Part shown: positions 48,047 to 57,176 of the stretch, one piece after another
Numbering within the stretch: position 1 is the first letter of the stretch
Layout: the number at the start of each line of letters is the position of its first letter
Source: Minisyncoccota bacterium
Lineage (GTDB): Bacteria > Patescibacteriota > Minisyncoccia > Phycocordibacterales > CAJBRS01
Reading direction: 5' to 3'
DNA length: 64,000 nt
NCBI GenBank assembly: GCA_035652395.1
Contig: DASRDX010000012.1
Location: forward strand, 96,778-160,777
Notes under the pieces: generated by a model
What the model saw: only the letters and a program-made list of their open reading frames with translations
The model's database searches: none
What the model was told of the DNA's origin: nothing
Made by a program: the position numbers and the translations under genes

Positions 48047-48967
48047 ATGACCCTTGAAGATTTAAAAAGAGATTTCTTGGATCACTTGGAGATTGAAAAA
48101 GGCCGCAGCTTGAAAACTCGTGCCAATTACAGCCACTATTTAGACAAATTTCTATTTTTCGCCAAACTGAAAAACCCCGCCGATATTAGCGAGGACCTCA
48201 TTCGGGAATACCGTCTGTGGCTTAACCGTCAAAGTGACGGGAAGGCCGGCACTTTAAAAAAGCGCACTCAAAACTATTATTTAATTGCTCTCCGAGCCTT
48301 TTTGAAATATCTGGCCAAACGAAAAGTCTCATCTCTCTCTCCAGACGTTATTGAATTGGCGAAAGTGCCGGAGCGCTCGCTTGATCTGATTGGAGCGGAA
48401 GACTTAAAGAGATTGATGAAGGCTCCCGACGATGAAAAGGACGAATTAAAAAAACTCAGAGATAAAGCCATTTTAGAGCTCTTTTTTTCTACCGGTCTCC
48501 GAGTTTCAGAGCTCTGTTCCCTCTCTCGCGATCTAGATCTCCGCAAAGACGAATTCTCAATTCGCGGCAAAGGTGAAAAGGTGAGAGTGGTTTTTCTTTC
48601 GAATGAAGCGAAAGAGGCGATAAAAAAGTATCTAGATAAACGGGTAGATGTGGAAGATGCTTTGTTTGTTCAGCTGAAGAGCCCGATTGGTAACAAAACC
48701 GAAGCCAAAGAATTGCATCGGTTAACTGCGCGTTCAATTGAAAGAATTGTTAAACATTACGCTATTAAAGCTGGTATTTCAAAAAAAGTGACGCCGCATG
48801 TTCTTCGCCACAGTTTCGCCACCGATCTTTTGGAGAATGGGGCAGATTTGCGAGCCGTTCAAATGCTTCTTGGCCACGCCAACATCACTACTACCCAAAT
48901 TTATACTCACATTACTGACAAACACCTGAAGGAAATTCACAAGAATTTCCATAATAAGAAAAAATAA
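48047..48967 (+). CDS. xerD: tyrosine recombinase XerC/XerD family
   Basis: 306 aa. C-terminal HVLRHSFATDLL...LLGHANITTTQIYTH with the catalytic R-H-R-Y residues. Confidence 0.8.
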   Translation: MTLEDLKRDFLDHLEIEKGRSLKTRANYSHYLDKFLFFAKLKNPADISEDLIREYRLWLNRQSDGKAGTLKKRTQNYYLIALRAFLKYLAKRKVSSLSPDVIELAKVPERSLDLIGAEDLKRLMKAPDDEKDELKKLRDKAILELFFSTGLRVSELCSLSRDLDLRKDEFSIRGKGEKVRVVFLSNEAKEAIKKYLDKRVDVEDALFVQLKSPIGNKTEAKELHRLTARSIERIVKHYAIKAGISKKVTPHVLRHSFATDLLENGADLRAVQMLLGHANITTTQIYTHITDKHLKEIHKNFHNKKK

Positions 48968-49100
48968 GAAGGATTTGGCTGCTTCGCCGCCAAACTCTTC
49001 TTGACGAAAAGGCAAATCGTAGTAAGGTTGTCGCTGGGTCACATTTTTTGTGAATGGCTCATTCAAAACCTAACCGTAAAAATTCAAAAAAAGGAAAATA

Positions 49101-49556
49101 ATGATTGCAGCAAGAGAACAAAGCTACCTATCCATTCGTCTGCCTGGAGGTAAAAACCCAGAGCTTCGGCGCATCGAAGATAGGCTTAATCAACCTCTAA
49201 TCGAAACTCGGCATCAGATCAATGAAGCCCAGTCTACCTTGGAGGCTTGGTATGAAGGAAGAAATGGCCACAAAGACGCGGCCTACCAACTTTTCGGAGC
49301 TTTCTGGCGTGATCACTCCAAGAAAGAGATTTCGGTAAATGAACGGGGTCTGGTGGCGGAGGTCGCCTTTTACGCCGAAGGAAGCTCAAAAGCGGCTGTG
49401 ATTTTTTTCCGAATCGAACCACAAAAAGCGGTAATGAAAAATCGGAAAGAAATTCTGCCCGAATACAACTTATTGGTCCGAGCTCAAGTTCGGCGAATGG
49501 TTGATGCCCTACGCAATACCAGCGACAGCTACGGCAATATCACCAAGGTTGTCTAA
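49101..49556 (+). CDS. hypothetical protein
   Basis: 151 aa, no motifs recognised; an intrinsic terminator follows. Confidence 0.35.
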   Translation: MIAAREQSYLSIRLPGGKNPELRRIEDRLNQPLIETRHQINEAQSTLEAWYEGRNGHKDAAYQLFGAFWRDHSKKEISVNERGLVAEVAFYAEGSSKAAVIFFRIEPQKAVMKNRKEILPEYNLLVRAQVRRMVDALRNTSDSYGNITKVV

Positions 49557-49568
49557 CAGCACATTATT

Positions 49569-49604
49569 AGCTAGTCGTTCTTCAAGGGACGACTAGCTTT
49601 TTTA
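49569..49604 (+). terminator. intrinsic terminator AGCTAGTCG...CGACTAGCT followed by TTTTTTATTTTTT
   Basis: 9-bp stem plus a long T-tract. Confidence 0.7.
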
Positions 49605-49635
49605 TTTTTTCTCAATTTCACGCTAAGATTGTTTC

Positions 49636-50406
49636 ATGAAAATCATCTCATGGAACGTTAACGGCATTCGAGCTTGGCATAAAAAGGGCTATTTAGAGTG
49701 GTTTTTAAAGGAATCTCCCGATATTTTCTGTCTTCAGGAAACCAAAGCTCATCCGGAGCAGCTTACGGAGGAACTGCGAAACCCAAAGGGCTACCACTCC
49801 TATTTCGATCATTCAAAGGGACGTAAAGGCTATAGCGGCGTCGCGGTTTACAGCAAAATTAAGCCGGAAAAGATCGAATACGGCCTGGGAGTAAAGGAAT
49901 TAGACCAAGAGGGGCGTTTCATCGCTCTGCATTTCAAAAAATTTGTCCTGATTAACACCTACTTCCCTAATGGCGGTGGCGGTCCGGTTCGCCTTAAATA
50001 CAAACTTGATTACTACAAGGCGTATTTAAAATACGCCGATAATTTAAGAAAAAAAGGCCAAAAAATCATCTTTTGCGGAGATATCAATACTGCTCATACC
50101 GAGATCGATCTGGCCCGCCCTCGTGAAAACGTTTCACATACAGGATTTCTGCCTATAGAAAGGGCGTGGTTAGATAAGGTAATAGAACATGGTTACATTG
50201 ATGTCTTTCGTCACTTTTACCCCCATAAAACTGGCGCTTACACCTACTGGGATTCTTACAGTTTTGCTAGGGATCGAAACGTCGGTTGGAGAATTGATTA
50301 TTTCTTCGTTAGTCCGGATCTAATCAAAAAAGTCAAAAATATGGCTATTTTAAGCGACGTTTTTGGCTCGGACCATTGTCCTATTCTTTTAGAAATCGAC
50401 ATATAA
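49636..50406 (+). CDS. xth: exodeoxyribonuclease III
   Basis: 256 aa. MKIISWNVNGIRA and the EEP-family motifs. Confidence 0.9.
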   Translation: MKIISWNVNGIRAWHKKGYLEWFLKESPDIFCLQETKAHPEQLTEELRNPKGYHSYFDHSKGRKGYSGVAVYSKIKPEKIEYGLGVKELDQEGRFIALHFKKFVLINTYFPNGGGGPVRLKYKLDYYKAYLKYADNLRKKGQKIIFCGDINTAHTEIDLARPRENVSHTGFLPIERAWLDKVIEHGYIDVFRHFYPHKTGAYTYWDSYSFARDRNVGWRIDYFFVSPDLIKKVKNMAILSDVFGSDHCPILLEIDI

Positions 50407-50767
50407 GCAGACTTCTAAGTTATCCCCAGCCTTGTCCTTTACATGTCCTTTAGAAAGCCTTATCATAAAGGACAGATTCTAGCAGCGAACGTTATTAATC
50501 CCTCTTGACGCAAGCTTGCTAAAAGTTCGTTCCACATAAAGGACATTTTGTAAGATATTTTCTCGGTTGAATTCCCAAACAAATTTTTTACCAATTGGCA
50601 GACGAGTGTTTTCTCCGGAAAATTCTCTCCTGCTAAATTACCTCTTGGATTCAAACCCGTGGAAACTTCACTCGATGTCACTTTATGCTTCAAAAGCCGC
50701 ATCGCGCCTTCATCAATAGCCGCCTGCGGCTTTTCTCTTTCTCCTCCTAGGGTTGAGAAAGGAAAGG

Positions 50768-50860
50768 ATAGTCTAACGAATGAAAATAACCTCTCTTTTG
50801 CCGAGAATTTGGTCCTCCAACCTCTCGGAAAAGAGAGGTTATTGAAATAAGTTAGACTAT
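50768..50860. other. roughly 40-bp imperfect long hairpin overlapping the cca stop codon
   Basis: ATAGTCTAAC...ATAACCTCTCTTTTGCCGAGA pairs with TCTCGGAAAAGAGAGGTTAT...GTTAGACTAT. Confidence 0.5.
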
Positions 50861-52350
50861 TGTACCCAATATTTCTTTCTTATTTCCTTCACTTCTTCTT
50901 CCTGTAATCTCTCCTTCCTTTCCTTTCCTTTCTCCCCTATCTTTTTTAATTGCTCCTCAGTTAATTTGCTTAAATCTACTGCCCTCTCATAAAGGTGTTC
51001 TTTAGTATTCAAGGAAGGATCTTCCAAAACTTCTTCAAGCAAGGCATGCAAAATATAGCCAATCTTTGGTCCGGAAGGTAAGTTTGCCACCTCCATAATT
51101 TTACTGCCATCAATTTTTAACATCCCGACTGAAACCGGGTCATGCATCACCTCTTCAATCATTGATTTGTATTTTCTCAAGCGATACGGATCTTCTTTTG
51201 GTCTTCCCGTACCAATACGGTCGCAAATTCTGAGATTCATAAGATTCCAGACGTTCTCCTTACCCACATTTTTAAGCAAGCGTCTGACAGCCGACAAAGT
51301 AATTTGGTCGGGATCGGAGAAAAACATGTGCCAACGAATTAGTTTAGTTACTTCTTCAATTAATTTATTCGGAAAGCGTAAATCATTTAAAATTTTAGCA
51401 GCCACACGAGCTCCCACTACATCATGCCCGTGAAAAGTCCAGTCTTTTTTCTCGTTTGACCAGCGTCTTGATTGAGGCTTGGCAATATCATGAAGCAATG
51501 CGGCTAACCGAATTTCTAGCGACCACCCCTTGTCCGCCGCCGCTTGCAAGCTTTTTAATAAGTGTTCAAAGACGTCATAAGCGTGGGCTTGGTTTTGTTC
51601 AATTCCGGAAGCTTTCTCCAGTTCAGGGATAATAAACTTCAACACACCTAGGTTTTTAGCCGTTTTTAAGGCATCAGCCGGTTTAGCGGACATTAAAATT
51701 CTAACGAACTCTTCTCGTATTCTCTCTCGGGCAATGTTCTTCAGGAGACCCGCATCATTTTTAATAGCCTCTTCAGTTTCTGGGGCAATCTTAAATCCAA
51801 GTTCAGCTGAGAGTCTGATGGCTCGTAAAATTCTTAAACCATCTTCTTTGAATCTCTCATTCGGATCTCCTACGGTTCTAACAATTTTCTTTTCAATATC
51901 TTTTTGTCCTTGATAAAGGTCAACCACTTCCCCATCATAATTTTCTTTAGCTGTTGCAACAATTTTCAGAGCAATGGCATTGATAGTAAAATCCCGTCTC
52001 TTTAGATCATCTTCCAGATTTTGACTAAATGTAACGGAGTCAGGATGTCGATTATCCGAATAAGTGGCTTCCAGACGATACGGAGTCATCTCCACCACTT
52101 TCAAAGTTTCATCCTCCGCTTCTTCATTAACTACTCCAACTGTTCCATAATCGTTTTCATAGAAGGTTTTATCGAAATTTTGAATGATCTCTTCGGGCGT
52201 GGCGTTTGTAGTAACATCCCAGTCTTTCGGCTTGCGCTCCAAAAGCAAATCACGAACACAGCCACCGATTAAATAGGCTTCAAAACCAGCCTCTTCTAAT
52301 TTCCTAGTTATTCGTGAAACTTCCGGCGGAATGGAGAATTTTCTAGACAT
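50857..52350 (-). CDS. cca: CCA-adding tRNA nucleotidyltransferase with an HD domain
   Basis: 497 aa. N-terminal GGCVRDLLL...DWDV nucleotidyltransferase domain and an HD domain (LLHDIAKP). Confidence 0.85.
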   Translation of the reverse strand: MSRKFSIPPEVSRITRKLEEAGFEAYLIGGCVRDLLLERKPKDWDVTTNATPEEIIQNFDKTFYENDYGTVGVVNEEAEDETLKVVEMTPYRLEATYSDNRHPDSVTFSQNLEDDLKRRDFTINAIALKIVATAKENYDGEVVDLYQGQKDIEKKIVRTVGDPNERFKEDGLRILRAIRLSAELGFKIAPETEEAIKNDAGLLKNIARERIREEFVRILMSAKPADALKTAKNLGVLKFIIPELEKASGIEQNQAHAYDVFEHLLKSLQAAADKGWSLEIRLAALLHDIAKPQSRRWSNEKKDWTFHGHDVVGARVAAKILNDLRFPNKLIEEVTKLIRWHMFFSDPDQITLSAVRRLLKNVGKENVWNLMNLRICDRIGTGRPKEDPYRLRKYKSMIEEVMHDPVSVGMLKIDGSKIMEVANLPSGPKIGYILHALLEEVLEDPSLNTKEHLYERAVDLSKLTEEQLKKIGEKGKERKERLQEEEVKEIRKKYWVQ

Positions 52351-52417
52351 TTAATGATGATATTTTATTATAGCTTTGGCCTTTTCACTAATTTTGAAGT
52401 ATTATATTTCAACTATT

Positions 52418-52489
52418 GCTCCCGTGGTGAAATGGATATCACGCGACGCTTCGGACGTCGTATTGTGGGTTCGAGTCCTGCCGGGAGCG
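52418..52489 (+). tRNA. tRNA-Arg (anticodon TCG)
   Basis: Cloverleaf read by eye: acceptor GCTCCCG/CGGGAGC, anticodon stem CGACG/CGTCG, loop CTTCGGA, T-loop TTCGAGT (the T-stem has two G-T pairs). No encoded CCA. Confidence 0.65.
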
Positions 52490-52679
52490 CAAGCCAGAAA
52501 ATCTGAACTTCTTCAGATTTTTGCGGACTTGCGCTGGCCGGAGCGATGTCGCCCGGTTCTAGGCGACCGCGAGGCGGGGTCGCGAACACTTAGTATTTTG
52601 CAAGATTTAAGGCCGCAGCAAAAGACTTAGTGATTCGTGACCGCAAAACCAGTTTTAAGGTTATATAATAACAATATCC

Positions 52680-52750
52680 GCGGGTATGGTTTAGTGGTAG
52701 AACACATCCTTGCCAAGGATGAGACGGGAGTTCGATTCTCCCTACCCGCA
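52680..52750 (+). tRNA. tRNA-Gly (anticodon GCC)
   Basis: Acceptor GCGGGTA/TACCCGC, anticodon stem CATCC/GGATG with loop TTGCCAA, T-arm GGGAG-TTCGATT-CTCCC. No encoded CCA. Confidence 0.8.
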
Positions 52751-53176
52751 CATTAAAGACATTTCTAGTGCCAGATGGCGGACGAGAATCTTTGAAAGAG
52801 TTCGATAACTCTATGATACCAAGACAGCTAACTCTAAGATCTAGGAAAGAGTTTTTATCATATTTGTCTGTCTACCTGCTCTAAATTCCAACAGGTCTGG
52901 CAAATGGGATTTGTCTTATATTTGTCCTAAACCCAAAAATCGAAATGGCTTAAAATAAGGCTAATTTTCAATTTGCTGTGGATAACTCGGGGGATATGTG
53001 TATAAAGGACATAAAAATGACTTTTATGACCTTTTGTATAGGAGAAACATAGAATAAATAGGGTATTTATGTTTCACATGAAACGTTACTTATGAAACTT
53101 TCCTTTAAGACTTCGAACTCTCAACCTTTATGAAAAATTTAAGAAAATTTTAGGCCCATTTTGATTTAATTGTTTC

Positions 53177-53557
53177 ATGAATAACCAAGGTATAGGACAT
53201 ATTGGAGAAAGCTTAGCCTGCAAATTCTTATGCAATAAAGGATTTAACATCATTGGGCGGAATTTCTTGAGAAAATGTGGAGAAATAGATGTCATAGCTC
53301 GAAAAGAAGGTGTCCTGCACTTTATTGAGGTCAAAACTGTTACTTGTGAAAACCTGAATGTTATTCATGAAACAAATACCTACCGTCCCGAGGATAATAT
53401 TCATTTATATAAAACAGAGCGACTAAAAAGAGTAATTCAAGTTTATTTAGTAGAAAACTACATTAAACAGAATTGGCAATTTCATGCCATTACGGTTTTA
53501 TTCGATCCTATAAGAAGGGAAGCCAAGATAGATTTCTTAGAAAACCTTGTCCTTTAG
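53177..53557 (+). CDS. yraN: YraN-family (UPF0102) endonuclease-fold protein
   Basis: 126 aa. GHIGESLACKFL...IIGRNF...GEIDVIARK...FIEVKT family pattern. Confidence 0.7.
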   Translation: MNNQGIGHIGESLACKFLCNKGFNIIGRNFLRKCGEIDVIARKEGVLHFIEVKTVTCENLNVIHETNTYRPEDNIHLYKTERLKRVIQVYLVENYIKQNWQFHAITVLFDPIRREAKIDFLENLVL

Positions 53558-53619
53558 CGGGGTGTCTTTTAGGAAAATTAAAAAATGTGTGTTAGACTTT
53601 TTCAATCTTTATTTTTTAA

Positions 53620-53691
53620 CGGGGCGTGGTGTAACGGCTAACATTCTTGATTTGGGATCAAGCGACTCCGGGTTCGAATCCCGGCGCCCCG
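53620..53691 (+). tRNA. tRNA-Pro (anticodon TGG)
   Basis: Acceptor CGGGGCG/CGCCCCG, anticodon stem CTTGA/TCAAG with loop TTTGGGA, T-arm CCGGG-TTCGAAT-CCCGG. No encoded CCA. Confidence 0.8.
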
Positions 53692-53703
53692 AAAATTGCA
53701 AAG

Positions 53704-53760
53704 CAATTTTCGTCGACCGGGATTCGAACCCGGAAAACTAACGCCCGGGTCGAATAATTC
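53704..53760 (-). other. tRNA-like fragment: an inverted copy of the tRNA-Pro T-arm
   Basis: CCGGGATTCGAACCCGG is the reverse complement of the tRNA-Pro T-arm; the rest of a cloverleaf is absent. Confidence 0.4.
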
Positions 53761-53839
53761 TATGGTAGCAAGTCTGTAAACTCGAATGTTCGGATAATGT
53801 TACACATTTTCCCGGCGATCAAATCTAAATAAAAACAAA

Positions 53840-53970
53840 CCCCGCAAGACGTCTTGCGGGGGGCTGTAGAAAAGATTGCATTGCCCGGTAGGCTGCCACC
53901 TTATCTTTCTTTGGCTCAAAACGGTCAGGTTGCCATCCGGCCTGTCAAAAGGCCAACCGTGTATAAGCTT
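53840..53970 (-). ncRNA. candidate minus-strand small RNA (promoter to terminator)
   Basis: Perfect 11-bp palindrome CCCCGCAAGAC/GTCTTGCGGGG at 53840-53861 followed on the minus strand by a T-tract; a minus-strand TTGACA (53999-54004) and TATACT (53977-53982) sit 16 nt apart. Confidence 0.3.
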
Positions 53971-54077
53971 GTAAATAGTATACATTATATATTAGGAATG
54001 TCAAGAAATTCTTGTGTTTTATAATTTTTGGTATAGTATTGTTTCTGTTAATTTAGTATTAACTTTTTATTTTTAAC

Positions 54078-54956
54078 GTGAAAATCGTTACTCATAGTGG
54101 GAGTTTTCATCAAGACGAACTCTTTGCTTTAGCCGCTCTGCAGATGGTTTATCCTGATGCCGAGATTATTCGAACTCGTGATCCGGAAATTATTTCCAAG
54201 GCGGACATTGCTGTTGATATTGGCGGCATTTATGATCCGGCCAGTAATCGTTTTGACCATCATCAGGAAGGGGGAGCGGGAAGACGCGGCAAGAATGGCA
54301 TGCCGTATGCTTCTTTCGGTTTGGTTTGGAAAAAATTTGGCCGGCAAATTTGCGATGGGCGCGCCGACATAGCTGATCTGGTGGATCGAAAAATGATTCA
54401 GGCTATCGATGCGGCCGACAACGGAGTGATGGTTTACGCCCCAGTTAATCGTGAGATTCAGCCGTATTTATTTGATAACTTCTTGAACGCCATTACTCCG
54501 ACGTGGCGCGAAGGTAAAAGTATTGATGATGCTTTCAAACAAATTTTGAGCATCGTGAGATTAGTGCTTGAAAAAGAAATTGAGAAAGCTAAATTCTTTT
54601 TTGAAGAAACTGAATTGGTCCGCCAAGCTTATCGGGAATCGGAAGACAAAAGAATTATTGTCCTTGACCACCCGTATCCTTGGAAGAGTGTTTTAACAAA
54701 ATATCCGGAACCGCTTTTTGTTATCTATCAGGATCAAAATACTGATGAATGGGTGATTATGGCAGTCAAGAAAGATCCGCGAGCTTTTATTTATCGAAAA
54801 CTTTTTCCGGCCAATTGGGCAGGGAAGATCGGCAAGCCTCTGGCAGATGAAATCGGCATTCCGGATGCGGTTTTTTGCCACAACAAACGCTTCATTGCCA
54901 AAGCCTGGTCCAAAGAAAGCGCTATAAAGATGGCTAAAATAGGCCTTAATACGTAG
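54078..54956 (+). CDS. MYG1-family (UPF0160) metal-dependent hydrolase/exonuclease
   Basis: 292 aa. GTG start, THSGSFHQDE N-terminal motif, DIGG...FDHHQ, and an AADNG motif. Confidence 0.75.
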   Translation: MKIVTHSGSFHQDELFALAALQMVYPDAEIIRTRDPEIISKADIAVDIGGIYDPASNRFDHHQEGGAGRRGKNGMPYASFGLVWKKFGRQICDGRADIADLVDRKMIQAIDAADNGVMVYAPVNREIQPYLFDNFLNAITPTWREGKSIDDAFKQILSIVRLVLEKEIEKAKFFFEETELVRQAYRESEDKRIIVLDHPYPWKSVLTKYPEPLFVIYQDQNTDEWVIMAVKKDPRAFIYRKLFPANWAGKIGKPLADEIGIPDAVFCHNKRFIAKAWSKESAIKMAKIGLNT

Positions 54957-55052
54957 AGCTCTTGATTTTTACGTTAAGTATGATATAATGCAAAAAGAAG
55001 CTATTCATTCCGAATAGTCCTCACGAAACAATTTACAAAAGGAGATCGTACT

Positions 55053-55763
55053 TTGATACCCAAATTTAATCTTAAGGGCAGCATTCCAGCGCTGGTCTTA
55101 AAATGGTCAGTGACTAATCCTCACCTTGTACCGCTTGGAGCAGTTTTTACTCGCAGTAAGAGTAAAAAAGATTATCAGAAACGGGCCGAAAGGGTTTTCG
55201 GTATATCCACCGTCGATGAAATAGGAAACTCTGGATTTGAATTGCCGGAAACCAAAATCGGACGAGTCGGAATTCAGAGCGTAGAGAATCTGATGAATCG
55301 ATTTTTACGGATCGAACATCGGATCAGCAGGAAACCCGATCACATTCCCAAGCAGGCCATCTTGTTTTTCTTTGTTCTCAATGAAAAAGATTTACAGGAG
55401 GCTGTGCCCATGTCCGGCGAGCACGCTCAAGCCCTCAGATGGTTTGCCATGCAAACCTTCGAAGGCTGTCGAATCTGGAACAATGGTGAACGAGTAGTCA
55501 TTGATTTGGTCAAGCGTTTGCCGGAACAGAAAGCGGTGCACTGTATGGATTTACGTTCAGACAGTAAGCATGGCTGGCAGCTCTGTTGGGTGCCTCTTCC
55601 GGAAGGTGTTAATCCCGCGCCCACAGCGACACATCCAAAATTCCTGACAAAGGAGTATGTGGATTATCAACGGCGGGCAGAGGAAAAACTTTTCCAGCAA
55701 ACTCGCAGGTCTCTCGAAAACCTGTTTGAGGTTGCCGACAGGCAAGTGGCTATGGCCAGATAA
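55053..55763 (+). CDS. hypothetical protein encoded in a GC-rich segment (TTG start)
   Basis: 236 aa. TATAAT plus AAGGAG ribosome-binding site 8 nt ahead of the TTG; GC about 50%; followed by a strong terminator. No motifs recognised. Confidence 0.45.
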   Translation: MIPKFNLKGSIPALVLKWSVTNPHLVPLGAVFTRSKSKKDYQKRAERVFGISTVDEIGNSGFELPETKIGRVGIQSVENLMNRFLRIEHRISRKPDHIPKQAILFFFVLNEKDLQEAVPMSGEHAQALRWFAMQTFEGCRIWNNGERVVIDLVKRLPEQKAVHCMDLRSDSKHGWQLCWVPLPEGVNPAPTATHPKFLTKEYVDYQRRAEEKLFQQTRRSLENLFEVADRQVAMAR

Positions 55764-55769
55764 AAATTC

Positions 55770-55802
55770 AAACCGCGCGGAAACGAAGTTTCCGCGCGGT
55801 TT
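55770..55802 (+). terminator. 15-bp hairpin AAACCGCGCGGAAAC-gaa-GTTTCCGCGCGGTTT followed by TTT
   Basis: Perfect stem plus T-tract. Confidence 0.8.
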
Positions 55803-55835
55803 TTGCTTAAGCGTTTATATAATATAATCAACAGA

Positions 55836-57176
55836 ATGTTATCTCCACGCAGTATCGTCTATAGCGGCATTTTTCTCACGGAAGATTCAAGAAAAATTCT
55901 TTTAGAAAAAATACGGCCTCTATACGAAAATATTTTTGCTCATCATGTTACGGTCAAATATCGTCCCAACAGCGAGGAGATTTTTAATTTTCAGCCTGGA
56001 AAAGAATATGAACTGGAAATTGTCGGGGTTGCTTCTGACGGGAAAAGTCAGGCGGCGGTAATAAAAGGTTTTAAGACGGAAAGTGAGGTCACTCACGTCA
56101 CCATTTCAACTTTGGGGGAGACAAAGCCAAATTACTCAAAAGATCTTCTAAAGTCTGCCAAGATTGAAAATTTAAAACCGTTTAAAATAAAAGGGAAATA
56201 CGGCTTTTTTTGTGACGGACCATATTTTTTTGAATTCCCGACGTTTAATATTTCCACTGTTCAAATTCCTACCCGGCCGCAGCCCGATACAATTATCGCC
56301 CTGTTTCTTTTAAATGAATATGCTTCTTCTATTTTTCAAGGTATAGATTCGGCCGAGATTAAGTGTAATCCAATCTTTCCTAAGGATGAGACCTTTGAAA
56401 GCTTGCTTCAAAAAGGAATACTGACTATTGATTTTGAACAAAGCATATTCGATCATCATAATAAAGATTTTTCTACAGCTTCTGAAAGTGTTGCCGAGTG
56501 GTGCAATATCAGAAAAAATAAAGAGATTCAAAAACTTTTGGAATTTGCCAAACGCTCGGAAGAAGGTAAGGGGACTATTTCATCGGACGCTATTGATAAA
56601 ATGTTTGGTTTAGATGGCTTGATTATGGCCTTAAATCGCGTTCACTTTGCTGATCCAAAAGAAGTTTTTAGAATCGTGGAACCTATTTTAGCCGGTCATC
56701 TGAGGGATATAACTGAAAAATTAATTAATACCCCTGTGGTCTGGGCTGAATTACTAACCAATGGAAAAGGTAAAATAATTAAATGCCATACAAACATTGG
56801 TAATTCAAAAATTGCTTTTGCTGAGTCTGATAGTCAGAACTTGCCAGGGTTTTTACGGTCATACCAAGGCGAAAGATGTGACTTATTCGTTCAAAAACTC
56901 AGCTCTGGTCATATAAATATATTAAGCAAAGCCAACAATAACCTTGATCTATCCAAACTTGCCGGGATCATTAGACAAGCGGAAGCCTTAATACAAAAAC
57001 GACCAATCAATTCTGCAGATTTAAGACAGGCCGGCCGCCTTCCGGAAATTCCTGAATGGTATTATGACAAAATTACGAATTCTATTCTGAATGGTGGAAG
57101 AAACGTCGGAGATGTTAAACCAACTAGTATTTCATGGGGAAGTTTCGAAGCTCTAATTAAAAAATCTTTTGAATAG
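55836..57176 (+). CDS. two-domain protein: N-terminal 2H-phosphoesterase-like domain (two H-x-T-x motifs) and C-terminal divergent MYG1-like domain
   Basis: HHVTVKY and THVTIST lie about 57 aa apart. The C-terminal region aligns by eye to the upstream MYG1 paralog (ILTIDFEQSIFDHHNKDF against IAVDIGGIYDPASNRFDHHQ; ASESVAEW against ASFGLVWK) but lacks the HSGxFHxDE motif. The start is moved to the ATG at 55836 because a TATAAT sits at 55823-55828. Confidence 0.5.
   Translation: MLSPRSIVYSGIFLTEDSRKILLEKIRPLYENIFAHHVTVKYRPNSEEIFNFQPGKEYELEIVGVASDGKSQAAVIKGFKTESEVTHVTISTLGETKPNYSKDLLKSAKIENLKPFKIKGKYGFFCDGPYFFEFPTFNISTVQIPTRPQPDTIIALFLLNEYASSIFQGIDSAEIKCNPIFPKDETFESLLQKGILTIDFEQSIFDHHNKDFSTASESVAEWCNIRKNKEIQKLLEFAKRSEEGKGTISSDAIDKMFGLDGLIMALNRVHFADPKEVFRIVEPILAGHLRDITEKLINTPVVWAELLTNGKGKIIKCHTNIGNSKIAFAESDSQNLPGFLRSYQGERCDLFVQKLSSGHINILSKANNNLDLSKLAGIIRQAEALIQKRPINSADLRQAGRLPEIPEWYYDKITNSILNGGRNVGDVKPTSISWGSFEALIKKSFE

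Noticed and set aside
50463-50850. ORFs 50463-50702 (-) and 50659-50850 (+) in the xth-cca spacer
   Set aside because: No coding bias; the region is dominated by hairpins and repeats and is better read as non-coding.
52376-52630. 84-aa plus-strand ORF
   Set aside because: Overlaps the tRNA-Arg gene and the GC-rich spacer; an artefact of a stop-free run.
52490-52679. Possible third tRNA between tRNA-Arg and tRNA-Gly
   Set aside because: No TTCGAAT-type T-loop or cloverleaf. Kept only as an unexplained GC-rich spacer.
53693-53780. Possible complete minus-strand tRNA next to tRNA-Pro
   Set aside because: Only the T-arm is present; no acceptor-stem pairing or anticodon arm can be drawn.
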